Source: Campylobacterota bacterium
GTDB taxonomy: Bacteria > Campylobacterota > Campylobacteria > Campylobacterales > Arcobacteraceae
DNA: 19,362 nucleotides
Direction of reading: 5' to 3'
Assembly (NCBI GenBank): GCA_051746405.1
Contig: JBNJFB010000046.1
Span: forward strand, 1-19,362
The notes below the pieces were generated by a model, which was not told the origin of the DNA, did no database searches, and was given only the letters and a program-made list of their open reading frames with translations. Below are positions 1-9,126 of the stretch, piece by piece. The translations under genes were made by a program, and so were the position numbers. The first letter of the stretch is position 1. Each line of letters opens with the position of its first letter.

Positions 1-371
1 CCCTCAAGCTTGTCTGCATAGCCGGGAACGTCCGGACGGGGACCGACAAAGCTCATATCTCCCATAAGCACGTTGATCAGCTGAGGAAGTTCGTCGATCT
101 TGGTGTCTCTGAAAAATTTGCCGCTTTTTGTGATGCGGGCATCATTTGCGGAGGTGACAGTCCCGTCTACTCCCGGAATCTGTTTCATCGTTTTTATCTT
201 GATGACACGAAAAAGCTTGCCGTTTTTGCCCACACGCCGCTGCGTAAAAAAGCCGTTGGAGCGTGTTTCAAAAGCGGCGACTATCCACGCTAGTAGGATA
301 AGCCACCACGTCAGTACCAAGCCGATAAAAGCCAAGATGAGGTCAAAGAGACGCTTGTATGTATCATTCAT
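1..371 (-). CDS. Bacterial sugar transferase (PglC/WbaP-like initiating phosphoglycosyl transferase), 3'-truncated by window edge
   Basis: Not in the ORF track; translated by hand from ATG at 371: MNDTYKRLFDLILAFIGLVLTWWLILLAWIVAAFETRSNGFFTQRRVGKNGKLFRVIKIKTM...DARITKSGKFFRDTKIDELPQLINVLMGDMSFVGPRP. KRxFD, F.Q.RVG..GK.F...K..TM, DELPQL.NVL.G.MS.VGPRP are hallmark Bac_transf motifs. Start overlaps the upstream stop (ATGAATGA). Confidence 0.95.
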   Translation of the reverse strand, partial: MNDTYKRLFDLILAFIGLVLTWWLILLAWIVAAFETRSNGFFTQRRVGKNGKLFRVIKIKTMKQIPGVDGTVTSANDARITKSGKFFRDTKIDELPQLINVLMGDMSFVGPRPDVPGYADKLE

Positions 372-1233
372 AACCGTATCTTTGCAAAGAGTCTCGGATA
401 AGAGCATTGACCTTTTGAAGCTGAGCTTTATCAAATGCTTTGCGTCCTTTGCCTATACTTTTACTGGAGACGTTTTGCGTGGCTTTTTGTAAAGACTCAT
501 CGGTGTAGTCAATATGGAGGCGATGGAGTATTGTGTTCAATTCTGTTTGAGGGTTTGTCACGAAATCTTCGTATTTAACCCTGATGACTTTGTCTTTTGG
601 CATCTGCTGCAATGCTTCTTCACTTAGATCCACACACTTTTTCCACTGCAGCGCTCCGACCTCTTCAAGGGAGTACTTTTCTAATGCGTCAGACAAACCG
701 TCAAACTGCGGCCCCCAAAACGCCAGTCGCTTCTGTTGTGAAAACAACCTGTAGACTCTGTTCCAAAAGTATTTAAACCCATAGTAAGGCAGATCACTTA
801 CAGGTACAAAGCGGGCTTTTTTGGCGATATAGGAAATATCAAGCGATGCTGTCCATCTTTTTTTTGCTGAACCCGCGGCATCTACACCGTCTCGATAGAT
901 AAAAATATATTTCGCATCCGGCACCACTGCATCAACAAAAGGAACCCGCAAAGAGTTCGCGCACGTTTTTTCAACGACCATGCTTAGGTTCTCTTTTTGG
1001 GCCAGTTTTTCAAACTCACTGTAGATATAGCGCTTCACGTGCGGTGTAGCCAAAGAAGAGTCAAACTGATCTGTCTCTTTTGTGATATTGCCGTGCCGCC
1101 AAATGTAGTTGATCTCATCGCAGGGCCAGGTCCCTACTCCGTCAAACCTGCATAAAATATCGCGCAGCATATTTGTCCCCGACCGGGGCGCTCCTATGAT
1201 GATAAGGGGTTGCAAAGGTTGCTTTTGGCTCAT
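364..1233 (-). CDS. Sulfotransferase family protein (PAPS-dependent)
   Basis: 5'-PSB loop IIIGAPRSGTN, EKT motif, 3'-PB motif FIYRDGVDAAGS, and VKYEDFVTNP. Confidence 0.9.
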   Translation of the reverse strand: MSQKQPLQPLIIIGAPRSGTNMLRDILCRFDGVGTWPCDEINYIWRHGNITKETDQFDSSLATPHVKRYIYSEFEKLAQKENLSMVVEKTCANSLRVPFVDAVVPDAKYIFIYRDGVDAAGSAKKRWTASLDISYIAKKARFVPVSDLPYYGFKYFWNRVYRLFSQQKRLAFWGPQFDGLSDALEKYSLEEVGALQWKKCVDLSEEALQQMPKDKVIRVKYEDFVTNPQTELNTILHRLHIDYTDESLQKATQNVSSKSIGKGRKAFDKAQLQKVNALIRDSLQRYGYE

Positions 1234-1982
1234 AATATCTTTGTATACTCCAGTAGTTTATAGGGGTATTTTAGCAAAACCATCCACGGCGCGCTGTATA
1301 TGCCGTTGATTTTGCAAGAGTTTGCCTGTTTTTTCAGCCGTGCGAATCTGTATGCCAAGGAGGAATTGCCCAGCCCGCCGTTTCGCATTTTGACCAGCAC
1401 TTCGGGCAGACATACCGACCGGAAACCCGGGGTTTGGGAAAAACGCACCATCAGTTCAAAATCGGGAGTGATGTCTGCTTGCTGCAAAAAACCGCCATAC
1501 TTTTCAAACAGAGACCTTTTGCAATAAAAGGTGGGATGGGCGGGCATAAGCCCCAGGCGCAGAGCAAACCGCGTCAGCCACTTCACTCTGTAGCGGCGCA
1601 CAAGCTTTGTAGTGTCTTTTTCATCGACAATATCAAGGTAGCCGTATATTGCGTCGGCTTTACTGTTTTGCAGCGCCTTTGCCATGCGGGCTATGACATC
1701 CTGGTGGGCAAGAAAATCATCTGCGTTGAGAAACCCCACATACTCCCCCGTGGCCAAAGCAAGCCCCTTGTTCATCGCATCCCACAGCCCCTCATCCTTT
1801 TCGCTCACCACTTTGTCGATCTGTTTGCCGTATCGCTGCACTATCTCCATGGTACCGTCGGTGCTTTGGCCATCGATGATGATGTACTCGATCTCTTCGT
1901 AGGATTGGCCCAAAACCGATTCGATAGCGTTTTCAATGGTGTCTTTATTGTTCCAGACAACGGTGATGATCGAGATTTTCAT
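1230..1982 (-). CDS. Glycosyltransferase family 2, WcaE-like
   Basis: MKISIITVVWN...IESVLGQSY..IEYIIIDGQSTDGT...SEKDEGLWDAMNKGLALATGEYVGFLNADD...PAHPTFY. Start revised from the ORF track's 2018 to ATG 1982, which gives the canonical MKISIIT N-terminus and an ATGA overlap with the upstream stop (1979-1981). Confidence 0.92.
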   Translation of the reverse strand: MKISIITVVWNNKDTIENAIESVLGQSYEEIEYIIIDGQSTDGTMEIVQRYGKQIDKVVSEKDEGLWDAMNKGLALATGEYVGFLNADDFLAHQDVIARMAKALQNSKADAIYGYLDIVDEKDTTKLVRRYRVKWLTRFALRLGLMPAHPTFYCKRSLFEKYGGFLQQADITPDFELMVRFSQTPGFRSVCLPEVLVKMRNGGLGNSSLAYRFARLKKQANSCKINGIYSAPWMVLLKYPYKLLEYTKIL

Positions 1983-2896
1983 ACTTTCTCGCCCCATTTG
2001 AGCTGATTGAGCTTCCACTTTAACCTAATCGAAAGGGGCATCAAGAAGGGAAAATGTATCTGTAACAATGCTTTAACTTTTTGCTTTATGGATATGTGAG
2101 AACTTATAATGGTAAAAACACTGGCCTGCCCTACTATAAGGTTTAAATAGGTTTTCATATTGGAAAAATCAACCTCTTGTGTTTGCAACTTTTTTTGAGA
2201 TGTTTCAAATATTTCGATCAGCTTCACCAGCCTCTGAGCGCGAAACTGTACAGTTTTAAACTCACCGCTCAAGACGCCACCAAAAACCTGAGTTGTATGC
2301 TGCCTGTAGTGATAAAGATACTTTTGAATATGCTTGATCGATCTCGCATTCTTTTTGACAAGCAAGGAGATCCAGACATCTTCAAACGGCAGATCTTGCG
2401 GCAATGGAAAAACCTCTTGGGCAATTTGACGTTTAAACGACCAATATGCTTTGGGTATACTGATCAAATTACTCATCACTTCCGAGTAGCTTCTTTCTAT
2501 TATCTCCCTGTTGATATGATAATGTGCCAGAGGGTGCAATGCGTTATCCACTATAAGTGCATCATGACAGTGAGCATCGTACTGTTGCATCTCCTCATAA
2601 CAATCAAAAAAATCTCGGGACAATACATCATCGGAATCTATACATTTTATAATATCACCCCGTGTCAAAGAGTAGCCATAGTTTGTTCCCATAACTTTAC
2701 CGTTATACTTATTTTTCACCACACGCACTCTTGTGTCCTCTGCCGCAAATCGACTTGCCACTTCAAACGTCGCATCATCGGAATGATCCTCTACAATCAC
2801 AAGCTCCCACGGTACTTTTGTTTCTTTCTGCAATTCTTTGATCGCATCTGGGATATATGCCTCCACATTCTTTGCCATCATTATAAAGCTGACCAC
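1979..2896 (-). CDS. Glycosyltransferase family 2
   Basis: MVSFIMMAKN, ELVIVEDHSDDAT, DxD motif CIDSDD, FEDVWI, YHYRQH..QVFG. Confidence 0.88.
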   Translation of the reverse strand: MVSFIMMAKNVEAYIPDAIKELQKETKVPWELVIVEDHSDDATFEVASRFAAEDTRVRVVKNKYNGKVMGTNYGYSLTRGDIIKCIDSDDVLSRDFFDCYEEMQQYDAHCHDALIVDNALHPLAHYHINREIIERSYSEVMSNLISIPKAYWSFKRQIAQEVFPLPQDLPFEDVWISLLVKKNARSIKHIQKYLYHYRQHTTQVFGGVLSGEFKTVQFRAQRLVKLIEIFETSQKKLQTQEVDFSNMKTYLNLIVGQASVFTIISSHISIKQKVKALLQIHFPFLMPLSIRLKWKLNQLKWGEKV

Positions 2897-3624
2897 TGCA
2901 ATACCTTTCGTATATATTTATAAAATATCACCGGCAGAGAAATCCACCCCAAAATAGGGTTTTTCGCAAATACCACCCTTATCGACTCAAGGGCATTTTG
3001 TCTATAATTGACATCTCCGGCCCCGCCAAGTGCGTAAAAAACAATCGGATCATCGATCTTTTTATAATCAGTAACTTTTTTTTCTAAATCAAAATACCAG
3101 TTCAACTCGCCTTTTAATTTATACTTGGTACTGTAAGATACAGCGACCCCTTGCCATACAAATAGTGACTGATGACAGACAACTCGGGTATTCCACAATA
3201 GCAGGGAAAACAGGCTAAAATTTTTGGGCTTTAGTAAAAAGTCACCCTGCCTACCTTTGACAATAGCCCCTCCGTAAACCAGATCATAGGAGTTTTCAAA
3301 GTAGGGACTTAACTTGGCAACAACACCGCTATCGACAAAAGTATCTCCCGCATTTAAAAAATTCACATAGCTTCCCGTAGCTGCTTTTAAACCTTTATTC
3401 ATAGCGTCATATATTCCATTATCTGGTTCACTGACCCAAAAGTCAATCCCATGCGCATACTTTTGGATGACCCCCATTGTCCCATCGGTTGAACCGCCGT
3501 CAATGACAATATACTCAATATGATCATAGTTTTGATTCAGAACACTCTGGATGGTTTTTTCTAGGTCCTCTTTCGCATTATATACTATAGTTACAACCGA
3601 TACTTTCACCGTTTGTTTACTCAA
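2881..3624 (-). CDS. Glycosyltransferase family 2, WcaE-like
   Basis: VSVVTIVYNA...QSVLNQNY..IEYIVIDGGSTDGT...SEPDNGIYDAMNKGLKAATGSYVNFLNAGD...CHQSLF; TTG start overlapping the upstream stop. Confidence 0.92.
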   Translation of the reverse strand: MSKQTVKVSVVTIVYNAKEDLEKTIQSVLNQNYDHIEYIVIDGGSTDGTMGVIQKYAHGIDFWVSEPDNGIYDAMNKGLKAATGSYVNFLNAGDTFVDSGVVAKLSPYFENSYDLVYGGAIVKGRQGDFLLKPKNFSLFSLLLWNTRVVCHQSLFVWQGVAVSYSTKYKLKGELNWYFDLEKKVTDYKKIDDPIVFYALGGAGDVNYRQNALESIRVVFAKNPILGWISLPVIFYKYIRKVLQWSAL

Positions 3625-5029
3625 AACTTCCCCTCCTTCGATACAATGAGGAAAAAACTACAAAAAGTGCAACAAATACAATATGCAACATGATCCTCGA
3701 TCCGCTAGAGTGGTCCACAAGATCAGTAAAAAAGTAAACTGCTATGCGAAACACAAAATATATCGCCAAAAAGTGCAGCAACATAAAACGAAGCCTCATA
3801 TCTTGCCGTGCAACGAAAAAGAGTGCGGCTGCAAGCAACAGCCAAACAACTCCCCACCGCTTAAAAGCAAAAAGTGTATGGGCCGCGAAAAGTTCAAGAG
3901 TTTTAATAAACTCTTGGGAATCTACTAAAAATAAACCTATAAGTATTATTAGATAAAGCAGATAAAGCACTCTTCCTTTGCTTTGCAATGAAAGGCCCAT
4001 TCTGTTCAAAGCAGAGGCAAAAAGTGGAAGAAGAAGAGTACTGAACAAACCTATCACGTATTCAAAATCTGAACCGTGACCTGAAAAAGTTATCGCTAAG
4101 GCACCTGCATGATAAAGATAAAAAAACCAAAACTGGTAGGCAGCAATCAAATAAAGCAGCATGTATCTATACATTTGAGTCAATGAGCATTTGTACACAG
4201 TAAAAAACAATCCTATAGGAACCAAACTGACAACAACCATCTCTTTGCGCAACAAAACTGTCACAGCCAAAAACAAAAACCCTAAGACTCTGTAGTTATC
4301 ATTTTTCCCTGACAAAAATAGAAATAGTGCACCTAAAGATAAAAAAATCCCTGTAGTCAAATTGGCATGTAGCCAGAGCGAATGCTCAACAAAAATATAC
4401 ATTGAAAATGAAAATAGATACAAACCTAAGGAGAGCAGATAGGTATGTAAAAGATTTAGTCTCTTATAGACTGCAATTAGCTTAGCCGTAATTATTGTAG
4501 TGACAAAAGCCCATATAGTAAAGAGGGAAGAAAACATATCTGACAATAGATCAAAATGCAACATCAATACTGCATCAATGAAAATCAACCTATAGTTTAA
4601 GATGCTCCGAGAAAACTCCTGAAAAACCCCACCAATATCATTTTCATACATTGTTTCTGCTAAAGCATAAAACTGAAAAGAATCAGGTGAAAATTTAAGT
4701 AGTACATCAGATAAACCAATTACCATGATTATAAGCATTGAAAAAAAGACGAGTAAGTCATATTGAAAAATCCGGTTTTTTAAAAAGGTATACATATATT
4801 TATACCTTTTTAATACACAATAGACCGACATCACAGTCAAAAATGACATTATAAATAAAAAATCATAATACCCTAATATATAAAAAGAAAGCATCACGCC
4901 TTGAACAGTAGCTACTAGTCCAACCAAATATGAAACCCATACTCTAAGGCCAACATCTATTTTTAGAACTGATCCAATACTAAGGCCTACTGCTAAAAAA
5001 AGCATATGCATAAGAAGTTCTGCAATCAT
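3617..5029 (-). CDS. Polytopic membrane protein, probable GT-C fold (ArnT/PMT-like) lipid-linked sugar transferase; a Wzy polymerase is the alternative
   Basis: 470 aa with a dozen or more hydrophobic segments; loop motif FSPDSFQFYALA after the N-terminal helices and LAVTVLLRKE resemble the D(S/E)xxY and L.R.E motifs of GT-C enzymes. The CDS is solid; the function is inferred. Confidence 0.55.
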   Translation of the reverse strand: MIAELLMHMLFLAVGLSIGSVLKIDVGLRVWVSYLVGLVATVQGVMLSFYILGYYDFLFIMSFLTVMSVYCVLKRYKYMYTFLKNRIFQYDLLVFFSMLIIMVIGLSDVLLKFSPDSFQFYALAETMYENDIGGVFQEFSRSILNYRLIFIDAVLMLHFDLLSDMFSSLFTIWAFVTTIITAKLIAVYKRLNLLHTYLLSLGLYLFSFSMYIFVEHSLWLHANLTTGIFLSLGALFLFLSGKNDNYRVLGFLFLAVTVLLRKEMVVVSLVPIGLFFTVYKCSLTQMYRYMLLYLIAAYQFWFFYLYHAGALAITFSGHGSDFEYVIGLFSTLLLPLFASALNRMGLSLQSKGRVLYLLYLIILIGLFLVDSQEFIKTLELFAAHTLFAFKRWGVVWLLLAAALFFVARQDMRLRFMLLHFLAIYFVFRIAVYFFTDLVDHSSGSRIMLHIVFVALFVVFSSLYRRRGSFE

Positions 5030-5580
5030 TTTGCACCTTTATAAGTAAACGGAAGTAAATAGACACTGTCCTCAAAGTAATATAAACCATATGGTGTATA
5101 TGTCATATTTTTACGACGAGGCAGATATAAGTCGATGATTTTATTTGCTCCTGTATGTTTTGATTTAATAAAAAACTGCTTTTTTACAAATTGTTGTTTA
5201 TCCAGCGGAAGTTCTTGGATTTGTAAGAAATTATTATACCCGTTGGCAAAAAATTCCAAACTATAAGGGTATAAAGCTTTTGCAGCAATATTAGAAACAA
5301 AATTCTTTTCTATAAAACTTTGGTTCTCAAAAGGTTTTTCAGGATTTTTATAAAAATATACCGTAGAGTTTGTTATATCATTTTTCATAAAGTATTTTTT
5401 GACAATAGTCGCTATTTGATAGCTGGTGCCTCCCTTATCATAGCCTTCAAGAATTTTATCTATTTTTTTATTACTTGTTGTAGGAATCATTTCTACTTGG
5501 CTTATAAGCACATGCAAGACCCATCCGACAAAGCCAGAAACAAATGATACAATACATAAAATGAAAAACGTTTTTCTCAT
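5026..5580 (-). CDS. Hypothetical protein with an N-terminal membrane anchor/signal helix
   Basis: 184 aa; MRK followed by a hydrophobic stretch (TFFILCIVSFVSGFVGWVLHVLI); strong RBS (AGGGAGG) upstream; stop overlaps the next start (ATGA). Confidence 0.75.
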   Translation of the reverse strand: MRKTFFILCIVSFVSGFVGWVLHVLISQVEMIPTTSNKKIDKILEGYDKGGTSYQIATIVKKYFMKNDITNSTVYFYKNPEKPFENQSFIEKNFVSNIAAKALYPYSLEFFANGYNNFLQIQELPLDKQQFVKKQFFIKSKHTGANKIIDLYLPRRKNMTYTPYGLYYFEDSVYLLPFTYKGAK

Positions 5581-5620
5581 CTTACTGCCCTCCCTACTGT
5601 ATTCAATATTATTTATACTA

Positions 5621-6556
5621 TTAAAGCTTGAACACTAATGGGTTTTTCAATGTATAAAAAAAACCTATTAATGCACATCCGATAAAAAATATAACTAGTA
5701 TAAAATTAGAGAATAATACAGAAACTTCACTTGTAAACCCTAAAGGTATTAAAAAATATATCAATATCAAATCTCTTGTACCTATTCCCGATATACTTAT
5801 AGGTAGTAGTGAAATAGTATTTGATATAGCCATGATGCAAGTAATGACCAATAAACTTATATTCATTCCCAATGACAAGGAGATCAAATATGCTTGAGTA
5901 AAAAATATCACATAGCTTAAAACAGTATAAAAAGAGAATTTCAGAAAATTTTTTATTGATGCAGTATCTTTTATAGTTGAAACAAAATTAGAGACAAAAT
6001 GCGCTGTTTGTTCTTGGAAAGAGATTGAAACCTTTGAAGCTGTAAAATTTAATATCTTTATAAAAACACTGGTTTTTATTATTAAAAAAGGCAAAATAAA
6101 AAATATAGATAAAAATAATAAGATATACAATATATCAACTGATAATGAGAGGTAGACAAACCCTATCGTTGTAAGTATCACTAGAAGATAAAGGTCAAAA
6201 AGTCTATCAAGTACCACACTTGAAAATATACTTCCGTAATCCATTTCTTTAAATAAATTTTTTATATATAAAACTCTACTAAATTCCCCTACTCTACCAG
6301 GGGTGATAAAGCCCAAGTATAAACTTGACATATAGTATTCAAATGCTTTTTTTAAAGATATACTCACTTTTTGTTGTTTTAAAATTTGTTGCCACCGATA
6401 AGATTTAAAATAAATCATTGGAAAATTTAACAAAAAAGCTAGTACCAAATAGCTTATCTCTATATTTTTCATTTGACTATATACAACTGTAAAATCAAGG
6501 GAAGATAAAATATAGATAAATATAAAGACACCAAGATATGTTAAATATTTCATCAC
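5621..6556 (-). CDS. Lysylphosphatidylglycerol synthase TM-domain / UPF0104 flippase-like membrane protein
   Basis: Motifs KSYRWQQIL, GFITPGRVGEFSRV, SSVVLDRLFD and LLPISISGIGTRD are typical of the LPG_synthase_TM (UPF0104/AglD2-like) family; about 8 TM segments. Confidence 0.88.
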   Translation of the reverse strand: MMKYLTYLGVFIFIYILSSLDFTVVYSQMKNIEISYLVLAFLLNFPMIYFKSYRWQQILKQQKVSISLKKAFEYYMSSLYLGFITPGRVGEFSRVLYIKNLFKEMDYGSIFSSVVLDRLFDLYLLVILTTIGFVYLSLSVDILYILLFLSIFFILPFLIIKTSVFIKILNFTASKVSISFQEQTAHFVSNFVSTIKDTASIKNFLKFSFYTVLSYVIFFTQAYLISLSLGMNISLLVITCIMAISNTISLLPISISGIGTRDLILIYFLIPLGFTSEVSVLFSNFILVIFFIGCALIGFFYTLKNPLVFKL

Positions 6557-7494
6557 TTATACTCTTTTATTGGGCTAAAGTTTGCTATGATACCTATAGC
6601 AAATACTCTTCTTACTTTAGAAACAAGTCCTAGTATATAAAAAGGGGCAAATTTTTGTGCAAATGTATTATTAAATAGTTTTACTATAAATGCCATCTTT
6701 TTTGAGTGACCATATTTTTTGTATTTGATATTATGTTTGTGCATATTCCAGATATCATCTTTGGATATGTTTGATAATGTCACTTTTTTATTATCAAACA
6801 TTTTTTTTAAAAGCTTGTCACCCATATTAGTATTAACGAGTATTAGTGTAGAGCTTTTAACATTTTTAAGCCATGCATCACCTAGCACTATATCCGCATC
6901 AGCAGAGATGTAGTATCCACAGGCATTACACCCTTTTCGTAAAAAAAGTAGATCAACTAGCTCATAGTACTGTTTTCCAAAAGTTTTTTTATTGCCATTT
7001 TTTTCATAAATGGTGAACCCACCTGGGTAATTTCCTCCACGATAACTTATATTTTGAATATTTTCTTTTTGTATATTTGATTTTTTTATTAAGTAGTTTG
7101 TTGCGTTCTTTGTAATATTATAGCCACAAAAAAAGCTAAAAATATACTGGATATGATTGTATTTTTTTCTAATACTTTTTGTAAAACATGGTTGTGCTAT
7201 TACTGCTATATTTTTATCTTTGTACATTTCTATAATCTCCACTAACTCTTTATATCCCATAAAAAGATACTTTGATCCAGTCAATTTAGATACATCTGAA
7301 GCTTTATCTATATATTTGTATATAGATTTTGTAGGATCGTTTTCATCATAGCCAACACCAATAACCCCATCTACTAGATTGTACTCAAGCAAATACTGAA
7401 ACATCTCTGTTCCTATACCACCTGATGAGCCACTTAGTCTTGTAGTGATATTATTGCTATATCCTACAAAAGCTTTTTGATAACTATCTAGCAT
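6553..7494 (-). CDS. Coenzyme F420 hydrogenase/dehydrogenase beta-subunit-like (FrhB/FdhB) Fe-S flavoprotein
   Basis: SGSSGGIGT, GSKY, VIAQPC, FFCG, ISYRGGNYPG, CNAC, ADIVLGDAW: FrhB N- and C-domain motifs with four candidate 4Fe-4S cysteines; no N-terminal ferredoxin domain. Confidence 0.88.
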   Translation of the reverse strand: MLDSYQKAFVGYSNNITTRLSGSSGGIGTEMFQYLLEYNLVDGVIGVGYDENDPTKSIYKYIDKASDVSKLTGSKYLFMGYKELVEIIEMYKDKNIAVIAQPCFTKSIRKKYNHIQYIFSFFCGYNITKNATNYLIKKSNIQKENIQNISYRGGNYPGGFTIYEKNGNKKTFGKQYYELVDLLFLRKGCNACGYYISADADIVLGDAWLKNVKSSTLILVNTNMGDKLLKKMFDNKKVTLSNISKDDIWNMHKHNIKYKKYGHSKKMAFIVKLFNNTFAQKFAPFYILGLVSKVRRVFAIGIIANFSPIKEYK

Positions 7495-9126
7495 CTACTT
7501 TAGTCCTATTGAAATAGAAGATAGCAATATATTATTTTCTAGTTGCATATTTGCTTTATATTTACTGTCTTTCCATAAAAGTTCATCTGGGGTAAACCTA
7601 ACGGCACTAGAAACATGCCGTAGTGAGTAGTATGGCGATTCTTCAACTTTAGATAAATCTAATGTATCTGATAGTATTTTATCTATTAATTGAATATTAT
7701 TTTTACTTATAACTATTTGCCTATCAAAATTAATGTCGATTTTTTTATCACCAAATATAAAAAATTTTTTTAAAATAGGAATAATCTTTTTACCTAAAGT
7801 AAAAGTAACAGCCCTTAGAATTATATGTTTAAGTGGTGTTGGGACTAGCCACTTTCGCGATGTAAAACTACCTTCAATTAGGATATTAATTTCACCACTA
7901 ACGTTTTTTATGTCAACCTTATTATTTCCAGTCAACCAGTGAGTTACTCCTATAATTTTATCATCTATATATCTAAATCCATGATTGGTATATATCAAGT
8001 TATCTTGATCATAAATATAAACTATACCACCTTTTTTTGTATTTATATAGGTTGTATATCTATTTGTCTTATTTATTATAATCCCACTATTGGATAATCT
8101 TTGACTTTTTAATTCTTTTAATTTTATGGTATCTAGTTGTTTAAAATATTCTAGTGCTTCTATTGCTCTAGTAGAAGAGGTATAAACATAGTGGCATAGG
8201 TACCTATCATCTGTAGTCTCTAAATAATTAAATGGCTCTGTTATCTTTTTTAGGACTTTATAGAAAAGCGAATGATAGCCTTTATCTGTTTTAGCTAAGT
8301 TAAAGATACCATAAGGTACTACATAGTCAGTATTTCTAGAGTTTATCATCACTGGTAGGTTTCCACTATTAGTAAAAAAAAGCTCGATAAAATCTGCTGC
8401 CTTTCTCATGGCTTCTAATGCTCTTTTATCTTGACTAAACCTATAATAATCCCAAAGAGCATCCATGGTCACTGACAGGTACCCAATATCTGGTCCATGA
8501 TACTCAGGAAACCATCCCTCTTGATCTTGTGAAGCAAAAAATTCATTGAATCTTTTTTCTAGTTTTTTCTGATCAACATTCACACCATCTATCAAAGAAG
8601 AAAGATACACTCCACATATTCCTATAGCTTCTTGATTTGAAGCTTCTTTTTCTGAATTTTCCAGTATCCAGCTAGATGCTTTTTCTATATGTTTTATTGA
8701 ATCATTATTTACATATCCCTTCTCATATATCAAAATTGCCATAGTATATAAACTAAATGCAGTAGGTGGATACCCTTCTTCATTGGGATAATATTCATTA
8801 AAAGAACCGCTTTGAAGCTGTTCTGCATTCCAGTGCTGGATACTTCCACTTACCCAATTTTGAAGTACCTTTTTATCATAATAGATATTTTTATCATATT
8901 TCCAATTGTATAAGAAATCAACACTCAAAGATGCTTGATGTAATACCATTGAAGAAAAATCCCGTATCTTATAATGCCAATAATCCCTATCAAAACATCC
9001 ATAAGTAGGGGAGTGCGGATCTCTATCAAGTGCGGTAAAAATTCGTTCAGATTTATTTAGTATATTTGTATAATATAAATCAATTTTACTCTTTAAGGTA
9101 TCGTTATTTACTATCATTTTTTTCAT
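7495..9126 (-). CDS. Uncharacterised 543-aa protein, probable alpha/alpha-toroid carbohydrate-active enzyme with a beta-rich C-terminal domain
   Basis: Long ORF in operon. N-terminal DRDPHSPTYGCFDRDYWHYK; two Q-x-x-x-G-x-F repeats (QLQSGSFNEYY, QDQEGWFPEYHGPDIGY) reminiscent of prenyltransferase/heparinase II-III-like helical toroids. An alternative start exists at 9117. Confidence 0.7.
   Translation of the reverse strand: MKKMIVNNDTLKSKIDLYYTNILNKSERIFTALDRDPHSPTYGCFDRDYWHYKIRDFSSMVLHQASLSVDFLYNWKYDKNIYYDKKVLQNWVSGSIQHWNAEQLQSGSFNEYYPNEEGYPPTAFSLYTMAILIYEKGYVNNDSIKHIEKASSWILENSEKEASNQEAIGICGVYLSSLIDGVNVDQKKLEKRFNEFFASQDQEGWFPEYHGPDIGYLSVTMDALWDYYRFSQDKRALEAMRKAADFIELFFTNSGNLPVMINSRNTDYVVPYGIFNLAKTDKGYHSLFYKVLKKITEPFNYLETTDDRYLCHYVYTSSTRAIEALEYFKQLDTIKLKELKSQRLSNSGIIINKTNRYTTYINTKKGGIVYIYDQDNLIYTNHGFRYIDDKIIGVTHWLTGNNKVDIKNVSGEINILIEGSFTSRKWLVPTPLKHIILRAVTFTLGKKIIPILKKFFIFGDKKIDINFDRQIVISKNNIQLIDKILSDTLDLSKVEESPYYSLRHVSSAVRFTPDELLWKDSKYKANMQLENNILLSSISIGLK

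Noticed and set aside
1434..2006. 190-aa plus-strand ORF (and the other short plus-strand ORFs in the track, e.g. 100-492, 10637-11002)
   Set aside because: All lie antisense to well-supported minus-strand genes and translate to sequences with no family resemblance.
1983..2018. ORF-track N-terminal extension MEAQSAQMGRES of the WcaE-like GT2
   Set aside because: Overlaps the upstream gene; ATG at 1982 gives the canonical N-terminus and an ATGA junction.
2177..2923. 248-aa plus-strand ORF
   Set aside because: Antisense shadow of a clear GT2 gene; no recognisable motifs or RBS.
6553..7494. FrhB-like gene as evidence of methanogen origin or F420 hydrogenase activity
   Set aside because: No hydrogenase subunits are present, and FrhB-like genes are common in bacterial glycan loci.
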